NCBI GenBank assembly: GCA_964411615.1
Contig: CAYPLO010000029.1
Coordinates: 1 to 17,845, forward strand
DNA: 17,845 nucleotides
Direction: 5' to 3'
Source of the DNA: an uncultured Aquificales bacterium
Lineage (GTDB): Bacteria > Thermosulfidibacterota > Thermosulfidibacteria > Thermosulfidibacterales > Thermosulfidibacteraceae
How positions within the stretch are numbered: position 1 is the first letter of the stretch; every line of letters starts with the position of its first letter. The translations under genes and the position numbers were made by a program. Under the pieces are notes generated by a model. The model worked only from the letters and a program-made list of their open reading frames with translations, did not search any database and was not told the origin of the DNA. Shown here piece by piece: positions 10,501 to 17,845 of the stretch.

Positions 10501-12209
10501 ACTGGGACCACTACAACCCTGAGCTTATAAGCAAGGGGGGAGGTGTATACAGGAGAGATGCCAAGAGGATAGTTCTCTCCGAGGAGGCGAGAAGGGCCCT
10601 CGGAACCGACAAGAAGGAGGTCTCCGGGGAGGAGCTCATAAAGATTATTCTGAAGGCCCCTGTGGACCTGCTCTGGAACGGAGGAATAGGAACATACGTT
10701 AAGGCCTCCTCTGAGAGCAACGAGGAGGTTGGAGACCCACCCAACGACAACGTGAGGGTCAACGCCAATGAGCTAAGAGTAAAGGTGGTTGGAGAGGGTG
10801 GTAACCTCGGGTTTACCCAGAAGGCCCGCGTTGAATACGCCTCCCTCGGTGGCAGGATAAACATGGATGCCCTTGACAACTCAGGTGGTGTTGACACCTC
10901 CGACCACGAGGTGAACCTCAAGATACTCCTCTCCGCCCCTCTAAGGGAAGGAAAACTGAGCCTTGAGGAGAGAAACAGGCTCATATTTGACATAGCGGAT
11001 GAAGTTCTGAAAAGCGTTATGAGCAACAACTACACCCAGAGCCTCGCAATAAGCCTTGATGTGATAAGGAGCAGCAGGGATGTGGAGCCCTTCATCTACA
11101 CCATTGAGAGGCTCATGGACGAGGGGCTCATAGACCCCAGGGAGGTGTATCTACCCTCAAAGAAGGAGCTTTACCTCAGGAAGGACAGGGGAGTTGGGCT
11201 GTACAGGCCGGAGCTGGCCCTCCTCATAGGCTTCCAGAAGAGGTGGGTAAAGGAGCAGATGAGGGAGTCCTCCCTGCTGAAGGCGGAGTACATGGAGAGG
11301 TTCCTCTACGACTACTTCCCCGAAACGGTGAGGGAGAGGTTTGCAGACTACATCAACAAACATCCCCTGAAGAGGGAGATAATCCTCACCTACACCACCA
11401 ACTACATCGTTGATAACGCCGGTATAAGCTTCTTCCACAAGGCGGAGAGGGAGAACGGAGCCCAGGTGGAGGAGACCACCGCCTCTTACATAATGATGGA
11501 CGGAGTCCTTGGGGCCAGAGAGCTGAGAAGACGCATACACAGTCTGGACTTCAAGGTGCCCGCCGATGTTCAGTATCAGGCCCTTCTGGACCTGGAACAG
11601 ACCCTTGAGGAGATGGTGAGGTGGAGCCACTTCTTCATAGGGGACTGGCTGCCCCTGACACCGGTTGTGGACAAGTACCGCAGGGATATTGAACGGCTCA
11701 AGGGGGTACTTCCCACCATCCTCTCCTCAGAGGAGAAGGAGAGACTGGTTGAGCGTATAGACTACTACAAAAACTCTGGAATGGACCAGGAGCTTGCAAG
11801 GGATGTGGCCACTCTGCCCTTCCTGTCCAACTCCTTGGACATACTGACCCTTGCCGAAGCCCTTGAGATGGAGCCTGTGCTCCTGGCGGGCATATACCAC
11901 AGTGTATCTAACAGGTTCATGCTCAACCAGATTGAGGAGGCCATACTGAGGGAGAAGAAGGAGACCTCCTGGGAGCACGTGGCCTACAACCTGCTGCACA
12001 GGGAGCTCTACTTCATCAGGAGGAAGCTCGTGGGCAGGTTCGTCTCCTTCATGAGGAGAAAGCAGAGTGACCTTGAGCTGTTCGCCACAAAGGAGATGGC
12101 CATGTGGGAGTCTGTGGCCTCCATGGTCAGGGAGGCCTTAGAGCAGAAGGCCACAGGGGTGGCCACCTGGTATGTGATAATCAACAGAATGAAGGAGATA
12201 GTGGTTTAG
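7587..12209 (+). CDS. gdhB: Large NAD-specific glutamate dehydrogenase (Bac_GDH / GdhB-GdhZ type)
   Basis: 1540 aa from ATG 7587 (SD AGGAGG 7575-7580). Motifs EGVHLRGGKVARGGIRWSDR, KNAIIVPTGAKGGF, DPYLVVAADKGTA, DAFASGGS, GYDHKKMGVTAKGAW, GIGDMSGDVFGNGMLLS, DNSGGVDTSDHEVNLKI. Confidence 0.96.
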   Translation: MPLKQIFSELVISAAPRGYLAALGKEAFEKRIDMLWELFKKRENGLKIEFVEREGVRGIFVNLSEQPFVVDTTELILKREEIPYRAIIHPSLRVKRENGEVVALGEGERELLLFVELFPETPSEAVSRAVERIRAVMPMVQAMVQDFLNMRKKVRDAVNDVEFLEEAGKVPSEDAKEVASFLNWLIDDNFVFCAYGELKGKELSRTRGILREEFAKGYLINMEEVTETLENRKELLVVEKLSVDSYIHRTGKMDLVACRLVDEEGRFTGWRFWIGLWAKKAVSTKGSDVPLLRKKLERIVSRKKVVFGSHEYKKIVEIFNAIPIEDLFTSTVEEIEEVIDAILSMGMEAETHVVVRGKGKGITSVLVMIPESRFSMNVAERLKGYLTEVFQSDYADVRFSIYEGNIALICFFLTPKVDREITAEQLKPEIERLTAEWEDLFREELKAKVGSEWESLFFKYAPAFTEDYKALTSPAEAVEDLLNIEEISEDNPFKVVLSEDEQFSVVKIYSLFEWKLSDAVPVLENFYLTIWDEKPFKVKLPTSRQVYIHSYRVLTKDGSKIPDDSREKLSDAITAVVEKKVESDPLNNLVLIAGFDWKAVDVIRTYRNYIRQIVPSIAFSTTYAALRNYPKLTVLLWKYFDTKFNPKLGLSLDERREKLSKIEEEFQQLLNDVSSIAEDKVFRTYFNAIQSTIRTNFYREDKVSHYVSIKIDCSKILEMPLPRPMYEVYVHEYGMEGVHLRGGKVARGGIRWSDRPDDFRTEILGLMKTQMIKNAIIVPTGAKGGFIIKFRYYSPKTREELNELVKEKYTFLIRGLLDVTDNIVDGKVVHPPNVVRYDDDDPYLVVAADKGTAKLSDVANAIAKEYGFWLDDAFASGGSTGYDHKKMGVTAKGAWVCVRRHFMEMGIDPEKDVITVVGIGDMSGDVFGNGMLLSRTIKLIAAFNHRVIFIDPDPDPETSYQERLRLFKEVKDWDHYNPELISKGGGVYRRDAKRIVLSEEARRALGTDKKEVSGEELIKIILKAPVDLLWNGGIGTYVKASSESNEEVGDPPNDNVRVNANELRVKVVGEGGNLGFTQKARVEYASLGGRINMDALDNSGGVDTSDHEVNLKILLSAPLREGKLSLEERNRLIFDIADEVLKSVMSNNYTQSLAISLDVIRSSRDVEPFIYTIERLMDEGLIDPREVYLPSKKELYLRKDRGVGLYRPELALLIGFQKRWVKEQMRESSLLKAEYMERFLYDYFPETVRERFADYINKHPLKREIILTYTTNYIVDNAGISFFHKAERENGAQVEETTASYIMMDGVLGARELRRRIHSLDFKVPADVQYQALLDLEQTLEEMVRWSHFFIGDWLPLTPVVDKYRRDIERLKGVLPTILSSEEKERLVERIDYYKNSGMDQELARDVATLPFLSNSLDILTLAEALEMEPVLLAGIYHSVSNRFMLNQIEEAILREKKETSWEHVAYNLLHRELYFIRRKLVGRFVSFMRRKQSDLELFATKEMAMWESVASMVREALEQKATGVATWYVIINRMKEIVV

Positions 12210-12213
12210 CCCC

Positions 12214-13371
12214 TTGGATGTGGTCTTCTCCACAGAGAGGGGGCTTGAGGAGTTTCTGGTTCACAGCCTCTCGGGTAGGGGGTCTCCCCTACCCCACCCC
12301 TTCGGATTTAGAGGGCGGGTTTTACTGAGAGGGGTCTCTCCACGGCAGCTGGCCCAGATACTTTACACAAATCCCTTCTACCATAAGGCGTACATCCTCC
12401 TCTTCACAGGGGGGCTTTCCGCAACCAGGGAAGACCTGGACAGTTGCTATCTTGCGGTCAAGAATTCTGCGATTCCGGAACTGCTTAACCAAGAGACCAC
12501 CTTCGGTGTAAGATGTATAAGGAGGGGAGAACACCCCTACTCCTCACAGGAGATGGCCTCTTACGCAGGTTCGGCAGTCATAGACGGATGCAGAATAAGG
12601 AGAGGATTCAGGCCCAAGGTCAACCTTGACGACCCGGACCTTCTGGTTGTGGTGGATATAACGGATAAGAGAGTAGCCCTGGGAGTTGAACTTGTTGGGC
12701 TTGAGTCCATGCACAGGAGGGGATGGAGGGTTTACAATCACCCCGCCGCCATAAAGAGCACCCTGGCTTCTGCCATGGTCTGCCTGTCAGGATACGAAGA
12801 CGGGAAGGTGCTGTGGGACCCCATGTGCGGTGGAGGGACCATACCCATAGAGGCTGCCCACAGGTGCATAGGGCTTCCCCCTGCATTCTTCAGAAGAGAC
12901 ACTTTCCTCTTTTTAAGGACCCCCCTCGTAGATAGAGGGGTGTGGGAAGAGGTGGTGGCAGAGGTGGACTCCCGCATAGACTGGAGGAAGAGCTGCCACA
13001 TATACGCATCGGACCGTTCCCCCAAGCATCTGAAAGGAGCCGTGCTCAATGCGGAAAGTGCCTTAGTTGAGAGAAAGATAAGCTTCTATGTGAGCGATGT
13101 TGAGAGCTTTCCCCATACTGGCAGCGTGGACTGCATAGCCTGCAATCCTCCCTATGGCATAAGGATGGGTAACCCTAAGGATGCTGAAAGAAGCCTCCGT
13201 GCCCTGTTCAAAACCTTCTGCAACTCTTCTGCAGATTCAATGGCCCTGGTGCATCCTGAACGGGAGAAGGTCAAAAGCCTCGTGAGCGCCTTCGGGCTTC
13301 GCCTTGACAAAGCTATAGATGCGTATAATGGTAATGTGAAGGTTTTTCTCTTCCTTGTCAAAAAGGCTTGA
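12214..13371 (+). CDS. THUMP-domain SAM-dependent RNA m2G methyltransferase, Trm14/TrmN-like (tRNA G6)
   Basis: N-terminal STERGLE, THUMP segment [12 protein letters not shown]...KVNLDDPD, then [19 protein letters not shown] motif DPMCGGGT and catalytic NPPYG. The TTG start is uncertain because there is no clear SD. Confidence 0.85.
   Translation: MDVVFSTERGLEEFLVHSLSGRGSPLPHPFGFRGRVLLRGVSPRQLAQILYTNPFYHKAYILLFTGGLSATREDLDSCYLAVKNSAIPELLNQETTFGVRCIRRGEHPYSSQEMASYAGSAVIDGCRIRRGFRPKVNLDDPDLLVVVDITDKRVALGVELVGLESMHRRGWRVYNHPAAIKSTLASAMVCLSGYEDGKVLWDPMCGGGTIPIEAAHRCIGLPPAFFRRDTFLFLRTPLVDRGVWEEVVAEVDSRIDWRKSCHIYASDRSPKHLKGAVLNAESALVERKISFYVSDVESFPHTGSVDCIACNPPYGIRMGNPKDAERSLRALFKTFCNSSADSMALVHPEREKVKSLVSAFGLRLDKAIDAYNGNVKVFLFLVKKA
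13304..13337 (+). promoter_or_regulatory. Possible internal promoter for yebC-ruvC inside the methyltransferase 3' end
   Basis: Exact TTGACA (13304-13309) and TATAAT (13324-13329) but only a 14-nt spacer. An alternative extended -10 TGgTAATGT lies at 13329-13337. Confidence 0.4.
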
Positions 13372-13387
13372 GCTGGGAGGTTGCAAG

Positions 13388-14128
13388 GTGGCAGGCCACT
13401 CCAAATGGGCGAATATAAAGCACAAAAAGATGAGGGAGGATGCCAAAAGGGGGAAGATATTCACCAAGGTGGCCAGAGAGATAATAGTGGCCACCCGCCT
13501 TGGTGGAGGAGACCCCGACTCCAACCCCAGGCTGAGAAGGGCCATACAATTGGCGAAATCTGTGAACATGCCCAAGGAGAACATAGAGCGGGCCATAAAG
13601 AGGGGGCTTGGTGAGCTTCCAGGGGTAGCTTACGAGGAGGTGATTTACGAGGGATACGGCCCTGGAGGGGTGGCCATACTCATAGAGGCCATAACCGACA
13701 ACAGGAACAGAACGGTATCTGAGATAAGGACCATCTTCTCCAAACACGGAGGCAATCTGGGAGAGGCCGGGTGTGTGGCCTGGATGTTTGAAAAGAAGGG
13801 GATAATCACCGTTGAGGGGGTGGATGAGGATACCCTCATGGAGGTGGCCATAGAGGCGGGAGCCGAGGATGTTAAGGAGGAAGAGGGACAGCTTCAGGTG
13901 ATAACATCCCCCGAGGACCTTGAGGATGTGAGGGAGAAGATACAGGCCAAAGGGATTAAGATAAAAGAGGCTCAGCTCACCTACATACCCCAGAGTACCG
14001 TAAGGGTTGAGGGGGAGAAGGCGGAGAAGCTCATAAAGCTGCTGGATGCCCTTGAGAAGCACGATGACGTTCAGAACGTTTACGCCAACTTCGATGTGCC
14101 AGAAGAGGTCCTCGCAGGTATGGATTGA
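13388..14128 (+). CDS. yebC: YebC/PmpR (TACO1) family protein
   Basis: GTG start gives [14 protein letters not shown] (246 aa), preceded by SD GGAGGT. Motifs [29 protein letters not shown]. Confidence 0.97.
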   Translation: MAGHSKWANIKHKKMREDAKRGKIFTKVAREIIVATRLGGGDPDSNPRLRRAIQLAKSVNMPKENIERAIKRGLGELPGVAYEEVIYEGYGPGGVAILIEAITDNRNRTVSEIRTIFSKHGGNLGEAGCVAWMFEKKGIITVEGVDEDTLMEVAIEAGAEDVKEEEGQLQVITSPEDLEDVREKIQAKGIKIKEAQLTYIPQSTVRVEGEKAEKLIKLLDALEKHDDVQNVYANFDVPEEVLAGMD

Positions 14129-14586
14129 TGGCCATTCTGGGCGTTGATGTAGGCTACAACCTGGGGTATGCCGTCCTCGGTGAAGGACTGCTGGAGCATG
14201 GACTTCTCAGAACCAGGGGAGACGTCCACAGGCGCCTGGCGGAAATCTTTGAGCATGTATCGTCCATCATTAGACGCTTCGGGATAGAGTGTGTGGCCGT
14301 TGAAAAGCTCTTCTACGCCAAGAGCATTCCATCCCTCGTGAAGCTTGCAGAGTCAAGGGGAGCGGTCCTTGCAGCTGCAGGGGCCATGGATGTTCCTGTG
14401 GTGGAACTGCACCCTGCCGATGTGAAGAAGGGAATAACGGGCAACGGAGCCGCCACCAAGGAGCAGGTGCTCTTCATGGTCAAAAACATCTTTGGAATTG
14501 ACGGCATCTCCCACCACGAGGCGGATGCCATAGCCATAGCACTTTACGCCAGACGTCTAAGGGAGGCCGCATGGAGCAGAACATAG
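14128..14586 (+). CDS. ruvC: Holliday junction resolvase RuvC
   Basis: ILGVDVG, VAVEKLF, VKKGITGNGAATKEQV, HHEADAIAIA. Conserved position after yebC with a TGATG overlap (152 aa). Confidence 0.93.
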   Translation: MAILGVDVGYNLGYAVLGEGLLEHGLLRTRGDVHRRLAEIFEHVSSIIRRFGIECVAVEKLFYAKSIPSLVKLAESRGAVLAAAGAMDVPVVELHPADVKKGITGNGAATKEQVLFMVKNIFGIDGISHHEADAIAIALYARRLREAAWSRT

Positions 14587-15737
14587 ACTACACCAGCTGG
14601 AAGAGCCTGAAGGAGCTCTTCCAGATGGACCATCCCTTCTTTGAAGCCACCCTGTTCATGCCCGGATACGACATATCCTCAAACATATACGCCATAAGGT
14701 ACGAGGAAGGCTGGGCCCTTGTGGACCCCGGCAACGACTACACCGCCTTTATCCAGCTCTTCAAGGACCTTGGTGTAAGCCCACTGCAGATAAAGAAGAT
14801 AATCCTAACCCATGGCCATCCCGAGCATGTTATGGGGATGATGGAGCTTCTGAGGTACCCATCTGTGTACAGGGAGAAGCCCTTTGAGGTGTATATGCAG
14901 GAGGATGGACCGGAGGAGCTGAAGTCGGTTCTCAAGAACGTAGGAGTCAAGATGAACCCCGTATACCACGAGGACAGCATTGAGCTTCCCCCTTTCAGAC
15001 TAAAGGTGATACACACCCCTGGACACACCCTTGACAGCATCTGTCTGTGGCATGAGGAGACGGGTTCACTATTCACGGGGGACACCGTGCTACCCTACGC
15101 CTTTGCATCCGCCGACCCCGTAGCCGGGGGAAGGGACGACTACCACCTCATGGCTCTGAAGATGCTTATGGGGTTGAAGCCAAAACACCTGCTGCCTGGA
15201 CACGGTGAGCCTGTAAAAGAGAAGGCCCTTGACGTTATAAGGGGAAATTACGCTGCCGCCATAAAGAAGATGGTTGGAGAGACGGTTCCCTGGATAGAGG
15301 CTGCAAGCTATCTGGCCCAGAAGGGCTACATGGAGGAGGCCATATTCTGCTGCGATGTTGAGCTGAAGGAGGGGGATAACCCCTACGCCTTACAGCTTAA
15401 GGCATCCTGCCTGAACGATTTGGGAAGGTACGAAGAGGCCATGGAGATATTTGACGCCATGCTTGAGAAGAACCCCAGAAGCGTCTTTGCCAACATGGGC
15501 AAAGGCGTGGCCCTTATGGGGCTGGGAAGGTACAAGGAGGCCATAAGGTTCTTTGACAGGCTCCTCAAAATGAACCCCAACTTCAAGGAGGCTCAGGTCT
15601 ACAAGGGTATGGCCCTGTTCCTCATGGGAAAGGTTGAGGAGGCCATGGCCATTCCTGGATTCAAGAGTGAGTTCATGGGCAGATTTAGAGAGACCCTTGA
15701 GAAGATGAGGTCATCAAAGGACAAAGGAGGTAGCTGA
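14571..15737 (+). CDS. MBL-fold metallo-hydrolase fused to C-terminal TPR repeats
   Basis: LVDPG, THGHPEH, HTPGHT, LFTGD and PGHG, followed by about four 33-34 aa TPR units (GYMEEA, LGRYEEA, LGRYKEA, MGKVEEA). SD GGAGG; overlaps ruvC by 16 nt. Confidence 0.9.
   Translation: MEQNIDYTSWKSLKELFQMDHPFFEATLFMPGYDISSNIYAIRYEEGWALVDPGNDYTAFIQLFKDLGVSPLQIKKIILTHGHPEHVMGMMELLRYPSVYREKPFEVYMQEDGPEELKSVLKNVGVKMNPVYHEDSIELPPFRLKVIHTPGHTLDSICLWHEETGSLFTGDTVLPYAFASADPVAGGRDDYHLMALKMLMGLKPKHLLPGHGEPVKEKALDVIRGNYAAAIKKMVGETVPWIEAASYLAQKGYMEEAIFCCDVELKEGDNPYALQLKASCLNDLGRYEEAMEIFDAMLEKNPRSVFANMGKGVALMGLGRYKEAIRFFDRLLKMNPNFKEAQVYKGMALFLMGKVEEAMAIPGFKSEFMGRFRETLEKMRSSKDKGGS
15421..15646 (+). repeat. 102-nt periodic coding repeat (TPR units)
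   Basis: TGGGAAGGTACGAAGAGGCCAT (15421), TGGGAAGGTACAAGGAGGCCAT (15523) and TGGGAAAGGTTGAGGAGGCCAT (15625), spaced exactly 102 nt apart. Confidence 0.85.
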
Positions 15738-16405
15738 TGGGTATATTTGACCTTTTCCGCAAATCCCCCTTTGCACCCCTTCAGGAGATGATGGACAAGG
15801 TGGTTGAGTGTGCAGACCAGCTCGTTCCGCTATTTGACGCCTTCGCCCAAGACAACAGGTCAGAAATGGAACGCATAATATCCCACATATCCCACTTGGA
15901 GCACGAGGCCGACCAGATAAAGAACAGAATCAGAGGTTCACTTCCCAGGAGCATCTTCATGCCAGTATCAAGAACGGATTTACTTGAGATATTAGCCAAC
16001 GAGGACGCCATAGCAGACGCCACAGAGGATGTGGCGGTGCTTTTGACCCTTAAAGACATAAAACTGCTTCCCGAATTTAAGGACTGCATAAGGGACCTGG
16101 TGAGAAGGAGCCTTGAGGTTGTGCATCTTTCCCACGATGTCATTAAGGAGCTGGATATACTGGCAGAGACCTCCTTTGAAGGGCCCGGTGCCAAGAAGGT
16201 CATCTCCATGATAGATGAGGTCTGCGATATGGAACACCACGTTGACGAGTTCCAGAGGACCGTAACCAGAAACTTTCTGAAACACGAGGAACGGTTCACC
16301 CCAGGCGAGCTGTGGCTCTGGCTGAAACTTGTGGCCAAGATAGGGGACGTATCAAACTACGCCGAGCGTATGTGCAACAGGGTGAGGCTCTTCCTCTCCA
16401 AGTGA
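15737..16405 (+). CDS. DUF47 / TIGR00153 PhoU-like phosphate transport regulator
   Basis: SPFAPLQ, LEHEADQIKNRIR, FMPVSRTDL, DAIAD, EHHVD, IGDVSNYAE; directly upstream of a PiT transporter, the usual pairing. SD AGGAGGT and TGATG overlap. Confidence 0.92.
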   Translation: MGIFDLFRKSPFAPLQEMMDKVVECADQLVPLFDAFAQDNRSEMERIISHISHLEHEADQIKNRIRGSLPRSIFMPVSRTDLLEILANEDAIADATEDVAVLLTLKDIKLLPEFKDCIRDLVRRSLEVVHLSHDVIKELDILAETSFEGPGAKKVISMIDEVCDMEHHVDEFQRTVTRNFLKHEERFTPGELWLWLKLVAKIGDVSNYAERMCNRVRLFLSK

Positions 16406-16430
16406 CCCTTCCCCTCACGGAGGTGCTCCC

Positions 16431-17669
16431 ATGAATATGTATATTATAGGGTTTATAGCGCTCATAGCGGGCCTATACATGGCCTGGAACATAGGGGCCA
16501 ACGATGTGGCCAACGCCATGGGAACGTCTGTGGGCTCAAGGGCCCTCACCCTGAAGAAGGCCATTATAGTCGCGGCCATCTTTGAGTTCTGTGGCTCCTT
16601 CTTCGTGGGAAAACACGTAACAAGCACCATAAGCAAGGGTATAGTTGACCCCACGCTATTTAAGAACGCCCCGAACGAGTTCATCATAGGGATGCTGGCA
16701 GCCCTTATAGCGGCAGGGTTATGGCTTCAGCTTGCCACCTATCTGGGCTGGCCCGTCTCCACCACCCACTCCATAGTGGGAGCTGTTGTGGGCTTCGGAA
16801 TCCTGAGCCATGGGTTGTCGGCCATAGAGTGGGGAAAGCTCATCTCCATCGTTATGTCCTGGATAATCTCCCCCATAATGGGTGGGCTTATAGCCTTTGT
16901 CATGTTCAGATGGGTCACCAAGAACATTCTGGCTACCGAATATCCCGCAAGGGCTACAAGAAGATACGCCCCGTATCTCATATCCATGGTGGTCTTCATA
17001 ATAGCCCTATCGGTCATCTACAAGGGACTGAGACTGAACCTGCCACTATTCAAATCCGTGCTCCTCTCCCTGCTCATAGCCGCAGTCTCCTGGGTAGTGG
17101 TGAAGTTCTTTGTGCTATCCGGCTACAGAGCATCTGCTCCGAAACTCAAGGAGAGGCTCTTTGAGACGGAGGAGCTGTTCAAGATACTCCAGGTTGTTAC
17201 CGCCTGCTACATGGCCTTCGCCCATGGAGCCAACGATGTTGCCAACGCAACAGGTCCCATGGCGGGGATAATAACCACCATGTCCCACGGTACCGTGGTT
17301 GCAAAGGCCTATGTGCCTCAGTGGGTGCTGGCCCTTGGTGGTCTGGGGATAGTGGTGGGATTGGCCACCTGGGGCTATAAGGTGATAGAGACGGTGGGAA
17401 AGCGCATAACGGACATAACCCCCTCAAGGGGATTCTGTGCAGAGTTTGGATGCGCCACCACCGTGCTTGTGTGCTCAAAGATGGGCCTTCCCATATCCAC
17501 CACCCACACCCTGGTGGGTTCTGTCATAGGGGTGGGGCTTGCAAGGGGAATGGGAGCCCTGAATCTTAAGGTCATAAGGCAGATAGTAAACTCCTGGCTG
17601 ATAACCATTCCCTTCACAGCTGGACTCTGCGTCTTCATATACGCAGTGCTGAAGGCCATCTTTCTATGA
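16431..17669 (+). CDS. pit: Inorganic phosphate transporter, PiT (PHO4) family
   Basis: Duplicated signature GANDVAN ([17 protein letters not shown] and [12 protein letters not shown]), PVSTTH and PISTTH, multiple hydrophobic helices. SD GGAGGTG. Confidence 0.96.
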   Translation: MNMYIIGFIALIAGLYMAWNIGANDVANAMGTSVGSRALTLKKAIIVAAIFEFCGSFFVGKHVTSTISKGIVDPTLFKNAPNEFIIGMLAALIAAGLWLQLATYLGWPVSTTHSIVGAVVGFGILSHGLSAIEWGKLISIVMSWIISPIMGGLIAFVMFRWVTKNILATEYPARATRRYAPYLISMVVFIIALSVIYKGLRLNLPLFKSVLLSLLIAAVSWVVVKFFVLSGYRASAPKLKERLFETEELFKILQVVTACYMAFAHGANDVANATGPMAGIITTMSHGTVVAKAYVPQWVLALGGLGIVVGLATWGYKVIETVGKRITDITPSRGFCAEFGCATTVLVCSKMGLPISTTHTLVGSVIGVGLARGMGALNLKVIRQIVNSWLITIPFTAGLCVFIYAVLKAIFL

Positions 17670-17845
17670 AGGTAAAGTCACAAAGGGAAGACTTTGTAGT
17701 AAAAGAGGTCCTTGCCGTACCCATCCTTGATGATGGTCCCTACGAGCTCTACCTGTTGCACAAGGAGGGGACCAACACCTTGGACGCGATAGCGGACATA
17801 GCCAGAAGACTGTCCATATCACCCAAGGAGATATCCTACTGCGGA
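17666..17845 (+). CDS. truD: tRNA pseudouridine(13) synthase TruD, N-terminal part
   Basis: Manual translation from ATG 17666 (ATGA overlap with the pit stop): [16 protein letters not shown]...[32 protein letters not shown]. Matches the TruD K-x3-EDF-x-V-x-E, K-x-G-x-NT and I-x-Y-x-G(LKD) motifs; the catalytic Asp would lie just beyond the window. Confidence 0.88.
   Translation, partial: MKVKSQREDFVVKEVLAVPILDDGPYELYLLHKEGTNTLDAIADIARRLSISPKEISYCG

Noticed and set aside
13358..14062. 234-aa antisense ORF over yebC, and similar short antisense ORFs over gdh, purH, the DUF47 gene and pit
   Set aside because: Fully overlap well-supported genes and show no independent evidence of coding.

Overview
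Gene-dense bacterial chromosomal segment. Heavy use of ATA for Ile and AGG/AGA for Arg, plus Glu/Lys-rich proteins, suggests a thermophile (inference only). Two divergent gene runs start from a 92-nt intergenic region (3608-3699). Minus strand: HDAC/AcuC-family deacetylase, purH, a secreted GATase1-like protein and a partial AAA-ATPase-like gene missing from the ORF track. Plus strand: asd, guaB, a tandem HD/HD-GYP phosphodiesterase, a large NAD-glutamate dehydrogenase, a Trm14-like THUMP methyltransferase, yebC, ruvC, an MBL-fold/TPR fusion, a DUF47 regulator, a PiT phosphate transporter and partial truD (also missing from the track). I found no RNA genes, CRISPR array, IS element or phage genes. 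Most of the window is housekeeping and I cannot demonstrate a new multi-gene system. The best leads are the AT-richer tandem HD/HD-GYP gene behind guaB, the MBL(HxHxEH)-TPR fusion sitting where ruvA is often found, the archaeal-looking Trm14, the large GDH in a probable thermophile, and the AAA-ATPase gene with a candidate leaderless promoter.
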